A stretch of 64,000 bases of DNA from Candidatus Cloacimonadales bacterium (GTDB lineage Bacteria > Cloacimonadota > Cloacimonadia > Cloacimonadales > JAIOQZ01). This document shows positions 49,809 through 60,586 of the stretch, piece by piece (position 1 is the stretch's first letter; every line of letters begins with the position of its first letter). The DNA lies in the NCBI GenBank assembly GCA_963662655.2, contig CAXXTU010000002.1, forward strand, positions 256,001-320,000, read 5' to 3'. The notes under the pieces were generated by a model. That model saw only the letters and a program-made list of their open reading frames with translations. It was not told the origin of the DNA and did no database searches. A program made the translations under genes and the position numbers.

Positions 49809-52800
49809 ATGGCAAGACTTTTTGGCAATGAGTATCACGAACACTCCAACACCTGGTATTTTCGCAGCTCGGTAAAATCATTGCAACTTGGCAACCTTGA
49901 ATACAACTATTACAAAAACGAGAACGGGGATGTTGTTTTCCAATTCAAAGCGGCGAGCGCGGACGACGCACGTTTCCCGGGAACGCTGAAAATCATATAC
50001 GATCCGACGAACAGGAAGATATTGGAACAGCATTGCACGGTCTGTACACAGGAAGACACTTGCCCCCACTATTTAACCGTGCTGGATTACGCGTATCGTT
50101 TCTTATCGACCGATATCCTTGAAGCGCCCGTCGTGCAGACCTATCAGACGCGCCTTCTGCAATACAACGAGTACTGGCAGCGCGTTCTCCTCAACACGCA
50201 AATCGCGGTATCCGGAATCTACGACACCAACGACAAGGTGCGGTTCTATTTCAGGTACTACAAGCCGATCGATATTCGCCTGATCTCGCTTATCGCATTG
50301 GAGAAGGAATTGAAGGATGTCTCGGAGGAGCAGATCGAGCTCGCCCACAAGCAGATGGACGCTTTCACCAACGAAGAGATCGCGCTGCTGAAAATGCTTC
50401 AGGAGTACAAGTGCTCGTTTAGCCGTTCGAGCAACTTCTTCACGATCTATAAGCGGGATTTCTATCGCTTCATTCCGTTGATGCGGATTCTGCAGAATAA
50501 AATCTACGTGAAAGAGACCGGCGATCGCATCGTGTTCGAGAACGATCCATACCAGTTGAGCTTCCTGGTGTCGCCGATCGAAAACGATCAATATCTCTTC
50601 AGCGTTGCACCGGGAGAGAATATCTCGGCGTTCTTCGTGAATCGCATGTCCTACATTTTCCTCAAGAACGTTCTGCACTACATTCAGCTTCCCTTCAAGA
50701 AGGAGATTACGGAGAAAGTTCTCGGTGAAGGCTATGTCCTGCGAAAGGAAGACCTCGTCTACTTTGCTTCGGTGGTTACGCACCAGCTCGGGATTATTAA
50801 ATGCTACCTCGACTTCGACGAATCGATCGAATTGCCCGATATCTACGACCAGTCCCCCGTGCCGACGTTCAAGCTGAACAAAACGGGCGAACATCAGATA
50901 TCGCTGGAGGGATTCCTGGCCTACTCGCAGGAAGTCTCCGTGCCCATGTCCGTTCTCTACTATCCGGCGGAGCTTGTCCGCTACGACCAGCAGAAGAAGG
51001 AGACTTGGTTCTATATTCCACCCCAGGTGCGATACCAGATTTTCAGCTTCATTCAGAAGCTACCGCAAGCGATTGCCGAAGAACGCTCCCATGAGCATAA
51101 AATGCTCTTCGAGGGAGAAGAGGAAATCGATTTTCTGAAGAAGACCATCTTCGAGGAAACGGACCCGACCTGGAACATCCAGCTTTCCGACGAACTGAAG
51201 AAGGAATTCATCTACAAGGTGACGCTCATGCCGACTATCCGTGCGAAAACGACGGATCAAATCGACTGGTTCGAATATGAGGTTACCTATCAGTATAAAG
51301 ACCTGGAGTTTACGCATCAGGAGCTGAAGAAGTTCTTCAAACGCAAGGAGAAGTTCCTCAAGCTCGATGACGGACGCCTGCTCTATTTCACCAATCAGGA
51401 GACCTTCCGCGATGTCGAGCGCCTCATGAAGCGCAGCCAGAAAACGGAGAGCGATTACTACAAGCTGTCCGTGTACAATATTCCTTACATCTACCAACTC
51501 ACGTCGATTCGCGAGGGCATCCAGATAAAGGGTGACGAGTACTTGCAGAATATGTTCGAGGCGATATTGGCGCGGAAGATGGACGAGGATCATGCGGTTC
51601 CGTTGATTCTCATGCCGGTGATGCGCAGCTACCAAAAAGCGGGACATCAATGGCTCAAGATGCTGCAAAACTTCCACCTCGGCGGTATTCTCGCCGATGA
51701 CATGGGGCTTGGAAAAACCATCCAGGCTATTTCCATATTATCGGAACTGCCGCCGACTACCCGATCGCTGGTGATTTGCCCGAAAACCCTTCTCTACAAC
51801 TGGGCGGCGGAGATCGAGAAGTTTAATCCCCGCTTGAATTACATTATCTACGAGGGCAACAAGGACGAGCGCGTCGAGCTCCTCAAGACCCCGAATGTTC
51901 AGGTATACATCGCTTCCTACTCCATTATCATGAACGATCTGGACGAGCTTCAGCCTATCTTCTTCAACTACGTGATCCTGGACGAGGCCCAGCACATCAA
52001 GAACGCGGGTGCGCTCCGTTCCAAGGCGATCAAAAAACTGAATGCACGCTACAGGCTTGCTCTCACCGGTACGCCGATGGAGAACAACCCGACGGAGCTG
52101 TGGTCGATCTTCGATTTCCTCCTGCCGGGGTATCTTCCGTCACCGAGGAAGTTCAAGTCAGAATATGTCTCGCCGCTGCTCGAAAAGCACGAAAAGCAGG
52201 AGCATCTTGCAGCCTTGATTTCACCATTCATTTTACGAAGAAAGAAGAAGGATGTGCTCATCGAGTTGCCGGACAAACAGGAGCAGATTTCCTACTGCCG
52301 GATGTCGCCAATTCAAGAGAAGCTCTACGTCGAGGTGATCGACTCCGTTAAAAAAAACTTCATCAATCGCTTCGACCAGATCGACACGGGCAACTATATA
52401 CACGTTCTGGCAGCGCTTACGAGGTTGCGGCAGATTTGTAACCATCCAACGCTGGTGCAGAAGGACTTGAAGATTCAGCCCGACCTCTCCGGCAAGATGG
52501 AGCAGTTGATGATCATCCTCGAGGACGCGATCGATAGCGGCAGGAAGGTGCTGGTCTTCAGCCAGTTCGTTGAGACGCTCAAGCTGATCCGGCAGTATCT
52601 TGCGAAGCGGAAGATCGTTTTCGAATACATGGATGGCGACACGAAGGCCCGTCACAAACGCGTCGATAACTTCAACAACAACGCGAACGTTCGCGCCTTT
52701 CTCATCAGCCTCAAGACGGGTGGATTCGGCCTGAATCTCACCGCTGCCGACACGGTGGTGCTTGTGGACCCTTGGTGGAATCCCATGGGCGAGAATCAAG

Positions 52801-53018
52801 CGATCGACCGGGCGCACCGCATTGGCCAGACGAAGAAAGTGAACGTTTACAAGCTCATCACGTTAGGAACGGTCGAGGAGAAAATCCTGAATCTGCAAAA
52901 AGACAAGATCGAGATGTTCGAGAACATCATCGAGGGTGGGCAGAACATCTTACGGAAGCTCAATGTTGACGAACTTCGGAATCTCTTTGAGTACACGGCG
53001 GGGGAGGGCCACAAATGA
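49809..53018 (+). CDS. SWIM-type zinc finger SNF2 family helicase
   Basis: CTVC...[32 protein letters not shown]; probable start MARLF at 49809. Confidence 0.93.
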   Translation: MARLFGNEYHEHSNTWYFRSSVKSLQLGNLEYNYYKNENGDVVFQFKAASADDARFPGTLKIIYDPTNRKILEQHCTVCTQEDTCPHYLTVLDYAYRFLSTDILEAPVVQTYQTRLLQYNEYWQRVLLNTQIAVSGIYDTNDKVRFYFRYYKPIDIRLISLIALEKELKDVSEEQIELAHKQMDAFTNEEIALLKMLQEYKCSFSRSSNFFTIYKRDFYRFIPLMRILQNKIYVKETGDRIVFENDPYQLSFLVSPIENDQYLFSVAPGENISAFFVNRMSYIFLKNVLHYIQLPFKKEITEKVLGEGYVLRKEDLVYFASVVTHQLGIIKCYLDFDESIELPDIYDQSPVPTFKLNKTGEHQISLEGFLAYSQEVSVPMSVLYYPAELVRYDQQKKETWFYIPPQVRYQIFSFIQKLPQAIAEERSHEHKMLFEGEEEIDFLKKTIFEETDPTWNIQLSDELKKEFIYKVTLMPTIRAKTTDQIDWFEYEVTYQYKDLEFTHQELKKFFKRKEKFLKLDDGRLLYFTNQETFRDVERLMKRSQKTESDYYKLSVYNIPYIYQLTSIREGIQIKGDEYLQNMFEAILARKMDEDHAVPLILMPVMRSYQKAGHQWLKMLQNFHLGGILADDMGLGKTIQAISILSELPPTTRSLVICPKTLLYNWAAEIEKFNPRLNYIIYEGNKDERVELLKTPNVQVYIASYSIIMNDLDELQPIFFNYVILDEAQHIKNAGALRSKAIKKLNARYRLALTGTPMENNPTELWSIFDFLLPGYLPSPRKFKSEYVSPLLEKHEKQEHLAALISPFILRRKKKDVLIELPDKQEQISYCRMSPIQEKLYVEVIDSVKKNFINRFDQIDTGNYIHVLAALTRLRQICNHPTLVQKDLKIQPDLSGKMEQLMIILEDAIDSGRKVLVFSQFVETLKLIRQYLAKRKIVFEYMDGDTKARHKRVDNFNNNANVRAFLISLKTGGFGLNLTAADTVVLVDPWWNPMGENQAIDRAHRIGQTKKVNVYKLITLGTVEEKILNLQKDKIEMFENIIEGGQNILRKLNVDELRNLFEYTAGEGHK

Positions 53019-53431
53019 AAAGTTATCGCAAGGAATTGTGGTTTGAAACGAATACTCGGCGCAAGCTGCTTCACATAACGCCTCACATTGAAGAGTGCTT
53101 GCGGGAAAGTGGCATCAAGGAGGGCTTGTGCCTCGTGAACGCGATGCATATAACCTCCAGCGTGTTTATCAACGATAACGAGCCGGGGCTGCATTCCGAC
53201 TACGAGAAGTGGCTGGAGAAACTCGCCCCGGAGAAGCCGTACAATCAGTATGCGCATAACGGATTCGAGGATAATGCCGACGCGCATCTCAAGCGAACGA
53301 TCATGGGCCGCGAGGTTGTTGTGGCGATCACGGACGGGAGATTGGATTTCGGTCCGTGGGAGGCGATCTTCTACGGGGAGTTCGACGGAAAACGGCGAAA
53401 ACGTGTACTAGTGAAGATTATTGGGGAATAG
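53015..53431 (+). CDS. yjbQ: YjbQ/UPF0047 family protein
   Basis: HITSS, NADAHLK, LDFGPWE...EFDG. Confidence 0.9.
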   Translation: MKSYRKELWFETNTRRKLLHITPHIEECLRESGIKEGLCLVNAMHITSSVFINDNEPGLHSDYEKWLEKLAPEKPYNQYAHNGFEDNADAHLKRTIMGREVVVAITDGRLDFGPWEAIFYGEFDGKRRKRVLVKIIGE

Positions 53432-53532
53432 TCGTAACAAGTAATTATTTTCTTGCACACTGACAAACTGAATAACATTTTGGCGTATAAGAAAAATAAT
53501 CGGGATATTATCTTACAACAAGCGAGTGGAAG

Positions 53533-54717
53533 ATGAAGATTGAAGAAATTCGCATTAAGAATTACAGGCTTTTCAAGGACATCCATGTTAAAAATGTACC
53601 CTCATACATGGTCATAGTGGGCGCCAACGGCACAGGTAAAACGACTTTCTTCGACATCATCGGCTTCCTCAAGGATTGCCTGAACACAAACGTGAAAATC
53701 GCTTTGCAACAACGTGGCGGTTTTAACGAAGTCATCTCTCGTGAATGCGGGGAGGACACGATCTTGATCGAGATGAAGTTCAGGATGCCGATAATAGGTA
53801 TCGAACGCCTCGTGACGTACCATCTTGAAATCGGGATGAAGGAAAGGTTGCCTGTAGTGAGAAGAGAAATTTTGCGCTATAAACGTGGTCGGCATGGTTC
53901 TCCATTCCATTTCCTCGATTTCAAAGAAGGTGCGGGATATGCGATAACAAACGAAGAGGATTTCTACAAACCTGATGAAGAGCTTGATCGGGAATCTCAA
54001 GTTCTTGATTCGCCAACCATCCTCGCAATCAAGGGACTTGGGCAGTTCGAGAAATTCAAGGCCGCCAAGGAACTTCGGCAATTATTGGAAAAATGGTTTG
54101 TGTCGAATTTCCACATATCTGATGCAAGAGGTGAAAAGGATTTTGCGTATGCGGACCATTTGTCGGTTTCCGGGAATAATCTTCCATTATATGCATTTCG
54201 CATGTATGAGGAATATCGCGAAGTCTTCGACCGTGTATTGGAGGTATTGAAAAGACGTATTCCGGGGATACAGGAAGTTGTGGCGGAAAAGATGATAAAC
54301 GATCAGATAATCCTGAAATTCCGATTCGACAATTTCGCGGCGCCATTTATCGATCGATATGTTTCGGACGGGACGATCAAGATGTTTGCCTATTTATTGC
54401 TGCTGAACGATCCTTCGCCACTTCCTCTTCTATGCGTTGAAGAACCGGAGAATCAGCTCTATCCGAGATTGATGAACGAATTGTCGGAAGAGTTTGAGCA
54501 ATACAGCGAAGGCAGGCAGGTATTCGTATCGACTCATTCACCTGACTTCCTGAATGCGGTGCCATTGGAAAGCATCTTCTGGATAAAAAAGGAAGGCGGT
54601 TATTCGATCGTGCAGCGCGCGCTCGACGACGAAAATCTGAAAAGTCTTTTCGATGAGGGTGACAAACCGGGATACCTTTGGAAGCAAGGATTGTTTGAAG
54701 GAGCCGATCCCGTATGA
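53533..54717 (+). CDS. ABC-type ATPase (AAA_15/AAA_21)
   Basis: IKNYRLF, GANGTGKT, SDGT, EEPEN, STHS. Confidence 0.9.
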   Translation: MKIEEIRIKNYRLFKDIHVKNVPSYMVIVGANGTGKTTFFDIIGFLKDCLNTNVKIALQQRGGFNEVISRECGEDTILIEMKFRMPIIGIERLVTYHLEIGMKERLPVVRREILRYKRGRHGSPFHFLDFKEGAGYAITNEEDFYKPDEELDRESQVLDSPTILAIKGLGQFEKFKAAKELRQLLEKWFVSNFHISDARGEKDFAYADHLSVSGNNLPLYAFRMYEEYREVFDRVLEVLKRRIPGIQEVVAEKMINDQIILKFRFDNFAAPFIDRYVSDGTIKMFAYLLLLNDPSPLPLLCVEEPENQLYPRLMNELSEEFEQYSEGRQVFVSTHSPDFLNAVPLESIFWIKKEGGYSIVQRALDDENLKSLFDEGDKPGYLWKQGLFEGADPV

Positions 54718-55271
54718 TCGTTTTCATGGTTGAAGAAGAATCGATGGAGGTTACTCTTCGTGCATTGATTGCATCACACAGTCTCGACTACGAAGAGAAG
54801 AAAGACTGGATATGTATAACGCACCAGGGAAAAAGCGATCTGGAAGCGTCGATCCCCCGTAAACTGAAGGCTTGGAGGCAAAAGGATGACGTTTTTGTCA
54901 TTCTCAGGGATCAGGATCAGAAAGACTGCATATTGGTAAAACAAAGTCTTCAGGAATTATGCGGAAATAATCATGGTCACCGTGTCATTATCAGAGTGGT
55001 CTGCCGCGAGCTTGAGTCTTGGTTTCTTGGAGATTTAAATGCAGTAGCAAATGCTATAGGAAAACCAAAGCTAAAGGATTTACAGAATAAAAGACTATAT
55101 AGACAACCGGATACAATTACGGAAGCATCCAAGAGATTATCTGAGATTACAAGTATAAAAGGGAAGGTATCTCGCGCTCGAATGGTTGCCCATCAGATGA
55201 ATCTAATTGATAATCGGTCTCACAGTTTCCAGGTATTCATGAAGACTCTAGATGAATTGTTTCCCCAATGA
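54714..55271 (+). CDS. DUF4276-like (TOPRIM-fold) protein
   Basis: VEEES, GKSDL, LRDQD, ELESWFLGD, SHSF; ATGA overlap with the ATPase. Confidence 0.8.
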   Translation: MIVFMVEEESMEVTLRALIASHSLDYEEKKDWICITHQGKSDLEASIPRKLKAWRQKDDVFVILRDQDQKDCILVKQSLQELCGNNHGHRVIIRVVCRELESWFLGDLNAVANAIGKPKLKDLQNKRLYRQPDTITEASKRLSEITSIKGKVSRARMVAHQMNLIDNRSHSFQVFMKTLDELFPQ

Positions 55272-55369
55272 ACAGATTTGACTGTAACGCTTTATAATTG
55301 ACTTGGCAAAGTTAGCTGAAAAATTACTTGCCAATCAGACATAGATTCTCAGATTGGTCACTCATGCGT

Positions 55370-55447
55370 CGGGATGTAGCGCAGTCCGGCTAGCGTACTC
55401 GAATGGGGTTCGAGTGGTCGCAGGTTCAAATCCTGTCATCCCGACCA
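55370..55447 (+). tRNA. tRNA-Pro, anticodon GGG
   Basis: CGGGATG acceptor stem, CTCGA-ATGGGGT-TCGAG, GGTTCAAATCC, ends ACCA. Confidence 0.95.
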
Positions 55448-55497
55448 TTTTTATTATCTAAATCCTTTGTTTGCAATGGCTTATGGGGCCTGTTGTT

Positions 55498-56127
55498 TGT
55501 AAAGTGACACCTACATTTTCCATGTCCCGTCCTAAAATAGTTGACCAGCTTTTTCGTGTTTGATTTCATTTCGATTGCTTCCTACGCTGCGTTCAATATG
55601 TAAAGTGACACCTTCATTTTCCACTTTGTGACAGCATGTTTTCCATCGTGCAACAAGTCGAAGTGACAGGAAATGCCTTTATCTCTCGCACCATCAATCA
55701 CATCAATGTAGTCACTCTTCCAAGTTGCAAGTGACGGCAGTCTTTCCTTCCAGTGACGGCAGTTTTTCCATCAAGGAAAACATGCTGGCACTTTTCGTGT
55801 TCAAGGGCTTCAGAAACTCCTGCTCATTTTTCAATGACTTACGAAAACTTCCAGTGATTGCAGTCTTTCCATTCCGCCCGATGGAAATTGTGACGTCACT
55901 TTTTCCACATCGCAAAAACGCCCAGTTATCTCACGCAATATCAATGACATGCTGAAACTTCCAGTGACGGCAATTTTTCCATCGTTTCGAGCCGTTTTCC
56001 AGTTGTTGCAAAGGATTAGAAACCCGAATGTCATTCATGCGGAGGCCAGCTATCTTCTCTTCAATCTGCAAGTTACAGCCAAACTGCAAGTGACGGCAGT
56101 TTTTCCTTAAGGAAAACATGCTGGCAC
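55498..56127. repeat. Array of GTGAC-N7/8-TTTCC motifs in both orientations
   Basis: Forward copies at 55504, 55605, 55628, 55731, 55753, 55854 (GTGAT), 55890, 55964, 56090; inverted copies at 55775-55791 and 56111-56127. Confidence 0.85.
55523..55598 (-). mobile_element. IS3-family right-end remnant (inverted)
   Basis: tgtcccgtcctaaaatagttgacc... matches the reverse complement of 63138-63214, including the terminal codons ILNAA*. Confidence 0.75.
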
Positions 56128-56206
56128 AAATGAAGCTATTGTCCTGAAAGCAAGGCAAATAGAAAGGCCTGAATCTTCCGACTCAGGCCTGCATTGCACG
56201 GTTATC

Positions 56207-56683
56207 CTACTTCTCCCCACTCCAGACATACAGCTTCCCGCCGTACGCGACGACTTCACCGATGACACCCTCTTCAGGCAGTTCGGTGACCTCCGCGATG
56301 ATGTCCGTGGTCTCGAGCTTGATATCGCCCTCAAGCGCGTGACCGTTGATCTTGGTGCGCGTTTCCACCTTGGCAGCGAGGGCCGTGGTGAGTCCGGATA
56401 TCTTGCTCTGCGCCAGCGTCGGGATGCGGTCGGTGGCGAGGGCGCCGGTCGCGATCTTGGCGGCGTCGAGGTCTGGTACGCGATCCACGACGAAGACGCC
56501 GGTGGTGATCTTGGAAGCGTCGAGGTCGGGTATCTGGCTCGCTTCGAGCACGCCTGTGATGTTCCCCGGCTCGATCTGCGGGATTTGCTCGGTGATCAGC
56601 TTTCCCGACTTGTCGAGCTGCGCGATACCGTTGGCGACGCCGAGTTGCCCGGAGTCGAGGATTTCCTGCCATGTGCCTGCCAT
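56207..56683 (-). CDS. Phage tail-fibre-like repeat protein (158 aa)
   Basis: AGGAGG RBS, GVANGIAQLD, 18-aa IPDLDASKITTG repeats, KINGHALEGDI; hairpin 56165-56190 downstream. Confidence 0.7.
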   Translation of the reverse strand: MAGTWQEILDSGQLGVANGIAQLDKSGKLITEQIPQIEPGNITGVLEASQIPDLDASKITTGVFVVDRVPDLDAAKIATGALATDRIPTLAQSKISGLTTALAAKVETRTKINGHALEGDIKLETTDIIAEVTELPEEGVIGEVVAYGGKLYVWSGEK

Positions 56684-56849
56684 CAGGCCTCCTTTGCTTC
56701 ACGTTCGAGCCGACTGAGCAGCAACACGGGCAGGCGAACTCGCCGTTTCGGATTTGTTGAGCATATCCTTCAGTGTATTCAAACCTTCGGTTTTCACCAA
56801 AGCGAAAGCCCATGATGCGGTCCCAATCGATCAAATCAATCTGTTTCAT

Positions 56850-59800
56850 GGGGTAACATCGAGATAGAGCTTGATGGAATTTTTGAAGGGGATGACGACG
56901 GCTGGGACTACCTTGGCGATATTCGCCTAGGCTACATAGAAGGTGATTACTGGTGTGGGTTTGGTAACCCCGAAGATAGTTGGAACGATATCCCAAGTAC
57001 ATCAATGTTGAGCAGCTATAACCGCTCGAATTACTTCTCATGGTTATTCGAAGAGACATCTCAAATCAACAATGCCAACGCTGTGAACGATATTCACAAT
57101 ATCGTTGAGGATGATCCAGCGGCTCCATGGTCAGCAGTTTTTACTATGTATGTTAGTGGAGACACGAGCTATCCTTATGACCAAACCAGTTATGAGCCAT
57201 ATCTCAACATGTGGGATGTTAGCCTCACGTTACACTATGAGGCGAGAGCCGTAATTTCAGGTCACGTCCTTGACATAGGTGGAAATCCGGTTCCTAACGC
57301 TCTGATTACTGTTCGGAATTCAGATAACTCTGTCTACACAACGATCACACCAAACTCGAGTAATGGTTCATATTCATTTGATGTCGATCCTGGTTGGACT
57401 GGTTCTGTTGTGCCCAGCGTTAGTACCGGCGATAGCTACACATTCGCTCCAACTGTAAGAAATTATACAGATATCGATCAGCACTACACAGCTCAGAATT
57501 TCACGGGGCATCTGAGCACTCCTCGAATTTCTGGCTATGTCCGTGATGTCGAAGCTGATCCCATCTCGAATGCGAGGATTTCTTTGAACAATACCAATGG
57601 CACTCTCCTTACGACTGTAATACCGAATAGCAGCACCGGCTATTACTCTGTCGAAGTGAATGCTGGTTGGTCTGGCACGGTTGTTCCGTGGGTAAATTCA
57701 ACCCAGAACTACGAGTTCGAACCGGCAGAAATCGACATCGATGCGATCGCTTTTCATACGCCAAACCAGAATTTCATCGGAGAGGCAGTGTTCACACTCT
57801 CAGGGGATATTGCTGTAGCAAGCGCTCAAACGTGGTCCAATCTATATAGCACAACATTGCGCTTCACTATATCTGGCGAAACACAGCCCAGTACATCGTT
57901 GACTCTAGCTCCCGGGGTGAATCATTTTTCCCAGGTGCTACCACCGGGTACATACACTGTTGAAGTTATCAGAAGCTGGTGTTTTAGCAGATCTTATAGC
58001 GGTATTACTGTCGCCGGGAATACAGATATCGGTACATTGACGATAACCGCGATGAATCCTTCGCTTATGCCTGTAACAAGTACTTCACAACAAAATACAT
58101 TCAATAGTGTGCAGGATGCGCTCGATATGCTCTTGTTCATGCAATACGATCCGAACCTGGCAAACATCGAAAAATACTTCATCGCAGTCGGACCTGGTAC
58201 TTACGACCCTATCTATATCTTCGATTTCGACGGCAAAGATATCACGGTTCATGGAACGAACAATAATACCGTCATCATCGAAGGCGAGAATTCATATCCT
58301 GGCATCAACATGAAGCGCAATATCGATTGTTCGATCAAAATAGAAGGTTTGAAGGTACAGAATTCGGAAGTCAGTGGTGTTGTTATCGACCGTCTGGAGT
58401 TGGCAACGGAAAATCCCTCCGATAACTGCGAGTACAGGCTGTACAACATGAAAATCGTAAATAGCGCGGTATATGGCTTCTCCCCATATGATGAGGAAGA
58501 AGATATGTCCGGGGCAGGTGTTTACTCGAACTACCCCGTAACCATCTCCGATTGCGAAATAACAAATAATCATGGCATTTGTGAGTACGGCAGCTATACC
58601 TATGGTTGGGGCCTTGGAGGAGGTATCTATGTCTGCAGTGAAGTCAATGGTAATACTGTCATAGAGGACTGCGTCATCTCGGGAAACTCGGCAAGGGAAG
58701 CAGGAGCGATTTACTTCGAGGGAGACGGCTCTCTATTGATTGACAACAACGAGATTTCGGAGAATGCGCTTGTGTTCCCAAGGACAGCCGGGGAAGGAGC
58801 AGGTCACTCGATGGGTGTTCATGTTGTCGTGTGTGATGAACTCACTGTCAGTAATAACGTGATCACCGACCATGAACGATATTTTGCCAATGGTACATGG
58901 TATCGGGGATATACTATGACAGTAGTGAATTGCGATGATTATCTGGTTATTAATAACACGATCGCCGATAACGAAAATCTTGATGGCGTAAAAATCAGTT
59001 ATGCATAAAATGGTGAAATTCTTAACAATATCTTCTTGAACAACAGAAGGCCCATCTACAGCACGACAAGTCTTATCGATGTTGGCTATTGCTGCTGGTA
59101 TGGCAATACTGGATCGAACTACTTCGGAGGTGGATATACGCCGGATGCCACCAATATAGCTGTAAATCCTTGCCTTGACACGAACTACATCCCCTTGTGG
59201 AACTCCACCACCCGCTCCCCAGTCATCGACAAAGGCGATCCCTCGATTACAGATCATGACAATACGACGAGTGACATCGGTGCAAAATGCGCTGTTACCC
59301 ACAAGCAAGAGGATTACACCTTCACACAGTCATCCGGTGGTTCACAGGAAATACACTGGGTGTGTTTCCCTGTGATTGACGACGTCTACACAGCCGATAA
59401 CGAGCCGGAAGTATTCTTTGTCCCTCTTGAAAACAACATGGACGGCATCATTGACAATGGTCATGAGGCTGTGTATAATAATGGTTGGCTCTACCCTAAC
59501 TTCGGGACAGTTGACCCAACCAGAGGCTACAAGGTCACCATGAACAGCACCACCTCCATGGATAAATCAGGTTTCCTTGCTGATCCGGACACGAAGATTT
59601 CTCTGGCCAATAATTCAACAACCTGGGTAGGTTACTTCCTCGAGGAAAGCCAGCAACCGACAAGCGCCCTTGCAGATGTATTGGATAATCTGCAGCAAAT
59701 CCAGCACCATGATTGGACGTTAACATACGATCCGCTGTGGGGATGGTTGGGTTTAAGTAGTTACACCCTAAACTATGGTGATATGGTGATTTTGACCACC

Positions 59801-60526
59801 AGAACAACGGGAGGCGCTTGCGAGTTCGCCTGGTCAGATAACCTGATCCCTGAAGACCCGAAGATGAAGAAAGCAACCAGTTACTTCGCTTGCAACGAAG
59901 AACCTGACTATGTCCCAGTCTATCTGAATCTCAGCGCTTACAACGAAAACATGCCGCAAGAAGTCGGCATGTATGCAGACGGGACATTGATAGGCGCAAC
60001 AGTGACTGATTCCGTAGAAACGCAGATCAACGCCTACGTGGATGAAATTGAAGATATCGAAAACGCGGAAATCAGCTTCGAGCTCTATTACGGACAGCGC
60101 AGTCCTGTCGAACAATGCGGGTTGTATACGGTAAGCTCGGAGCTGACGGATGGTTTCGTTACCACCTCGAAAATGTTCGCAACAAAATCACGTTACTACA
60201 TGGTGACATTGGGAGAAGGTGGAAATGGCGAACCTGTACCTGATCTTCCCAAGACTGTCAGCGTGAGAAACTACCCGAACCCCTTCAACCCCGAAACTAC
60301 GATCAGTTACGCGCTTCCACAGGACGGACAAGCCGTGATCAAAGTGTACAACCTGCGCGGTCAGTTGGTAAAGACACTGGTAAACGACAGGATGGAAGCC
60401 GGTTACCATGACGTTGTATGGGCAGGTAGAGATGAAAACAACAAGTCTGTCGCCTCCGGTATCTATTTCCTTCGTATGCAGGCAGGCGGCAAGACGCTTA
60501 CGCATAAGCTCATGCTGCTGAAATAA
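56850..60526 (+). pseudogene. Large FlgD-Ig/T9SS-tailed surface protein, 5'-truncated, in-frame TAA at 59006-59008
   Basis: Frame open upstream of 57005 with no start or signal peptide; ORFs 57005-59008 and 59036-60526 share a frame; two ~90-aa repeats, beta-helix-like GGGIY region, YPNPFNPET tail; 5' boundary approximate. Confidence 0.8.
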
Positions 60527-60541
60527 CTTGACGCAACAACA

Positions 60542-60570
60542 TGAGGGAGCAAGATTTTCTTGCTCCCTCA
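60542..60570. other. 13-bp stem-loop between the two cargo genes, no U tract
   Basis: tgagggagcaaga-ttt-tcttgctccctca. Confidence 0.6.
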
Positions 60571-60586
60571 ATCATTAGGAGGCTTC

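Noticed and set aside
49809..53431. SNF2 helicase and yjbQ as part of the defence unit
   Set aside because: Both are widespread housekeeping-type genes with host-like composition, separated from the ATPase by a 100-bp AT-rich gap
55498..56127. CRISPR array
   Set aside because: Repeats are short, degenerate, irregularly spaced and in both orientations; no cas genes
55712..56158. Short ORFs with repeated GKTAVT-like peptides
   Set aside because: Explained by translation of the DNA repeats in several frames; no RBS
56331..57059. 242-aa ORF as one gene
   Set aside because: Spans the junction of two unrelated segments and overlaps the tail-fibre-like gene out of frame
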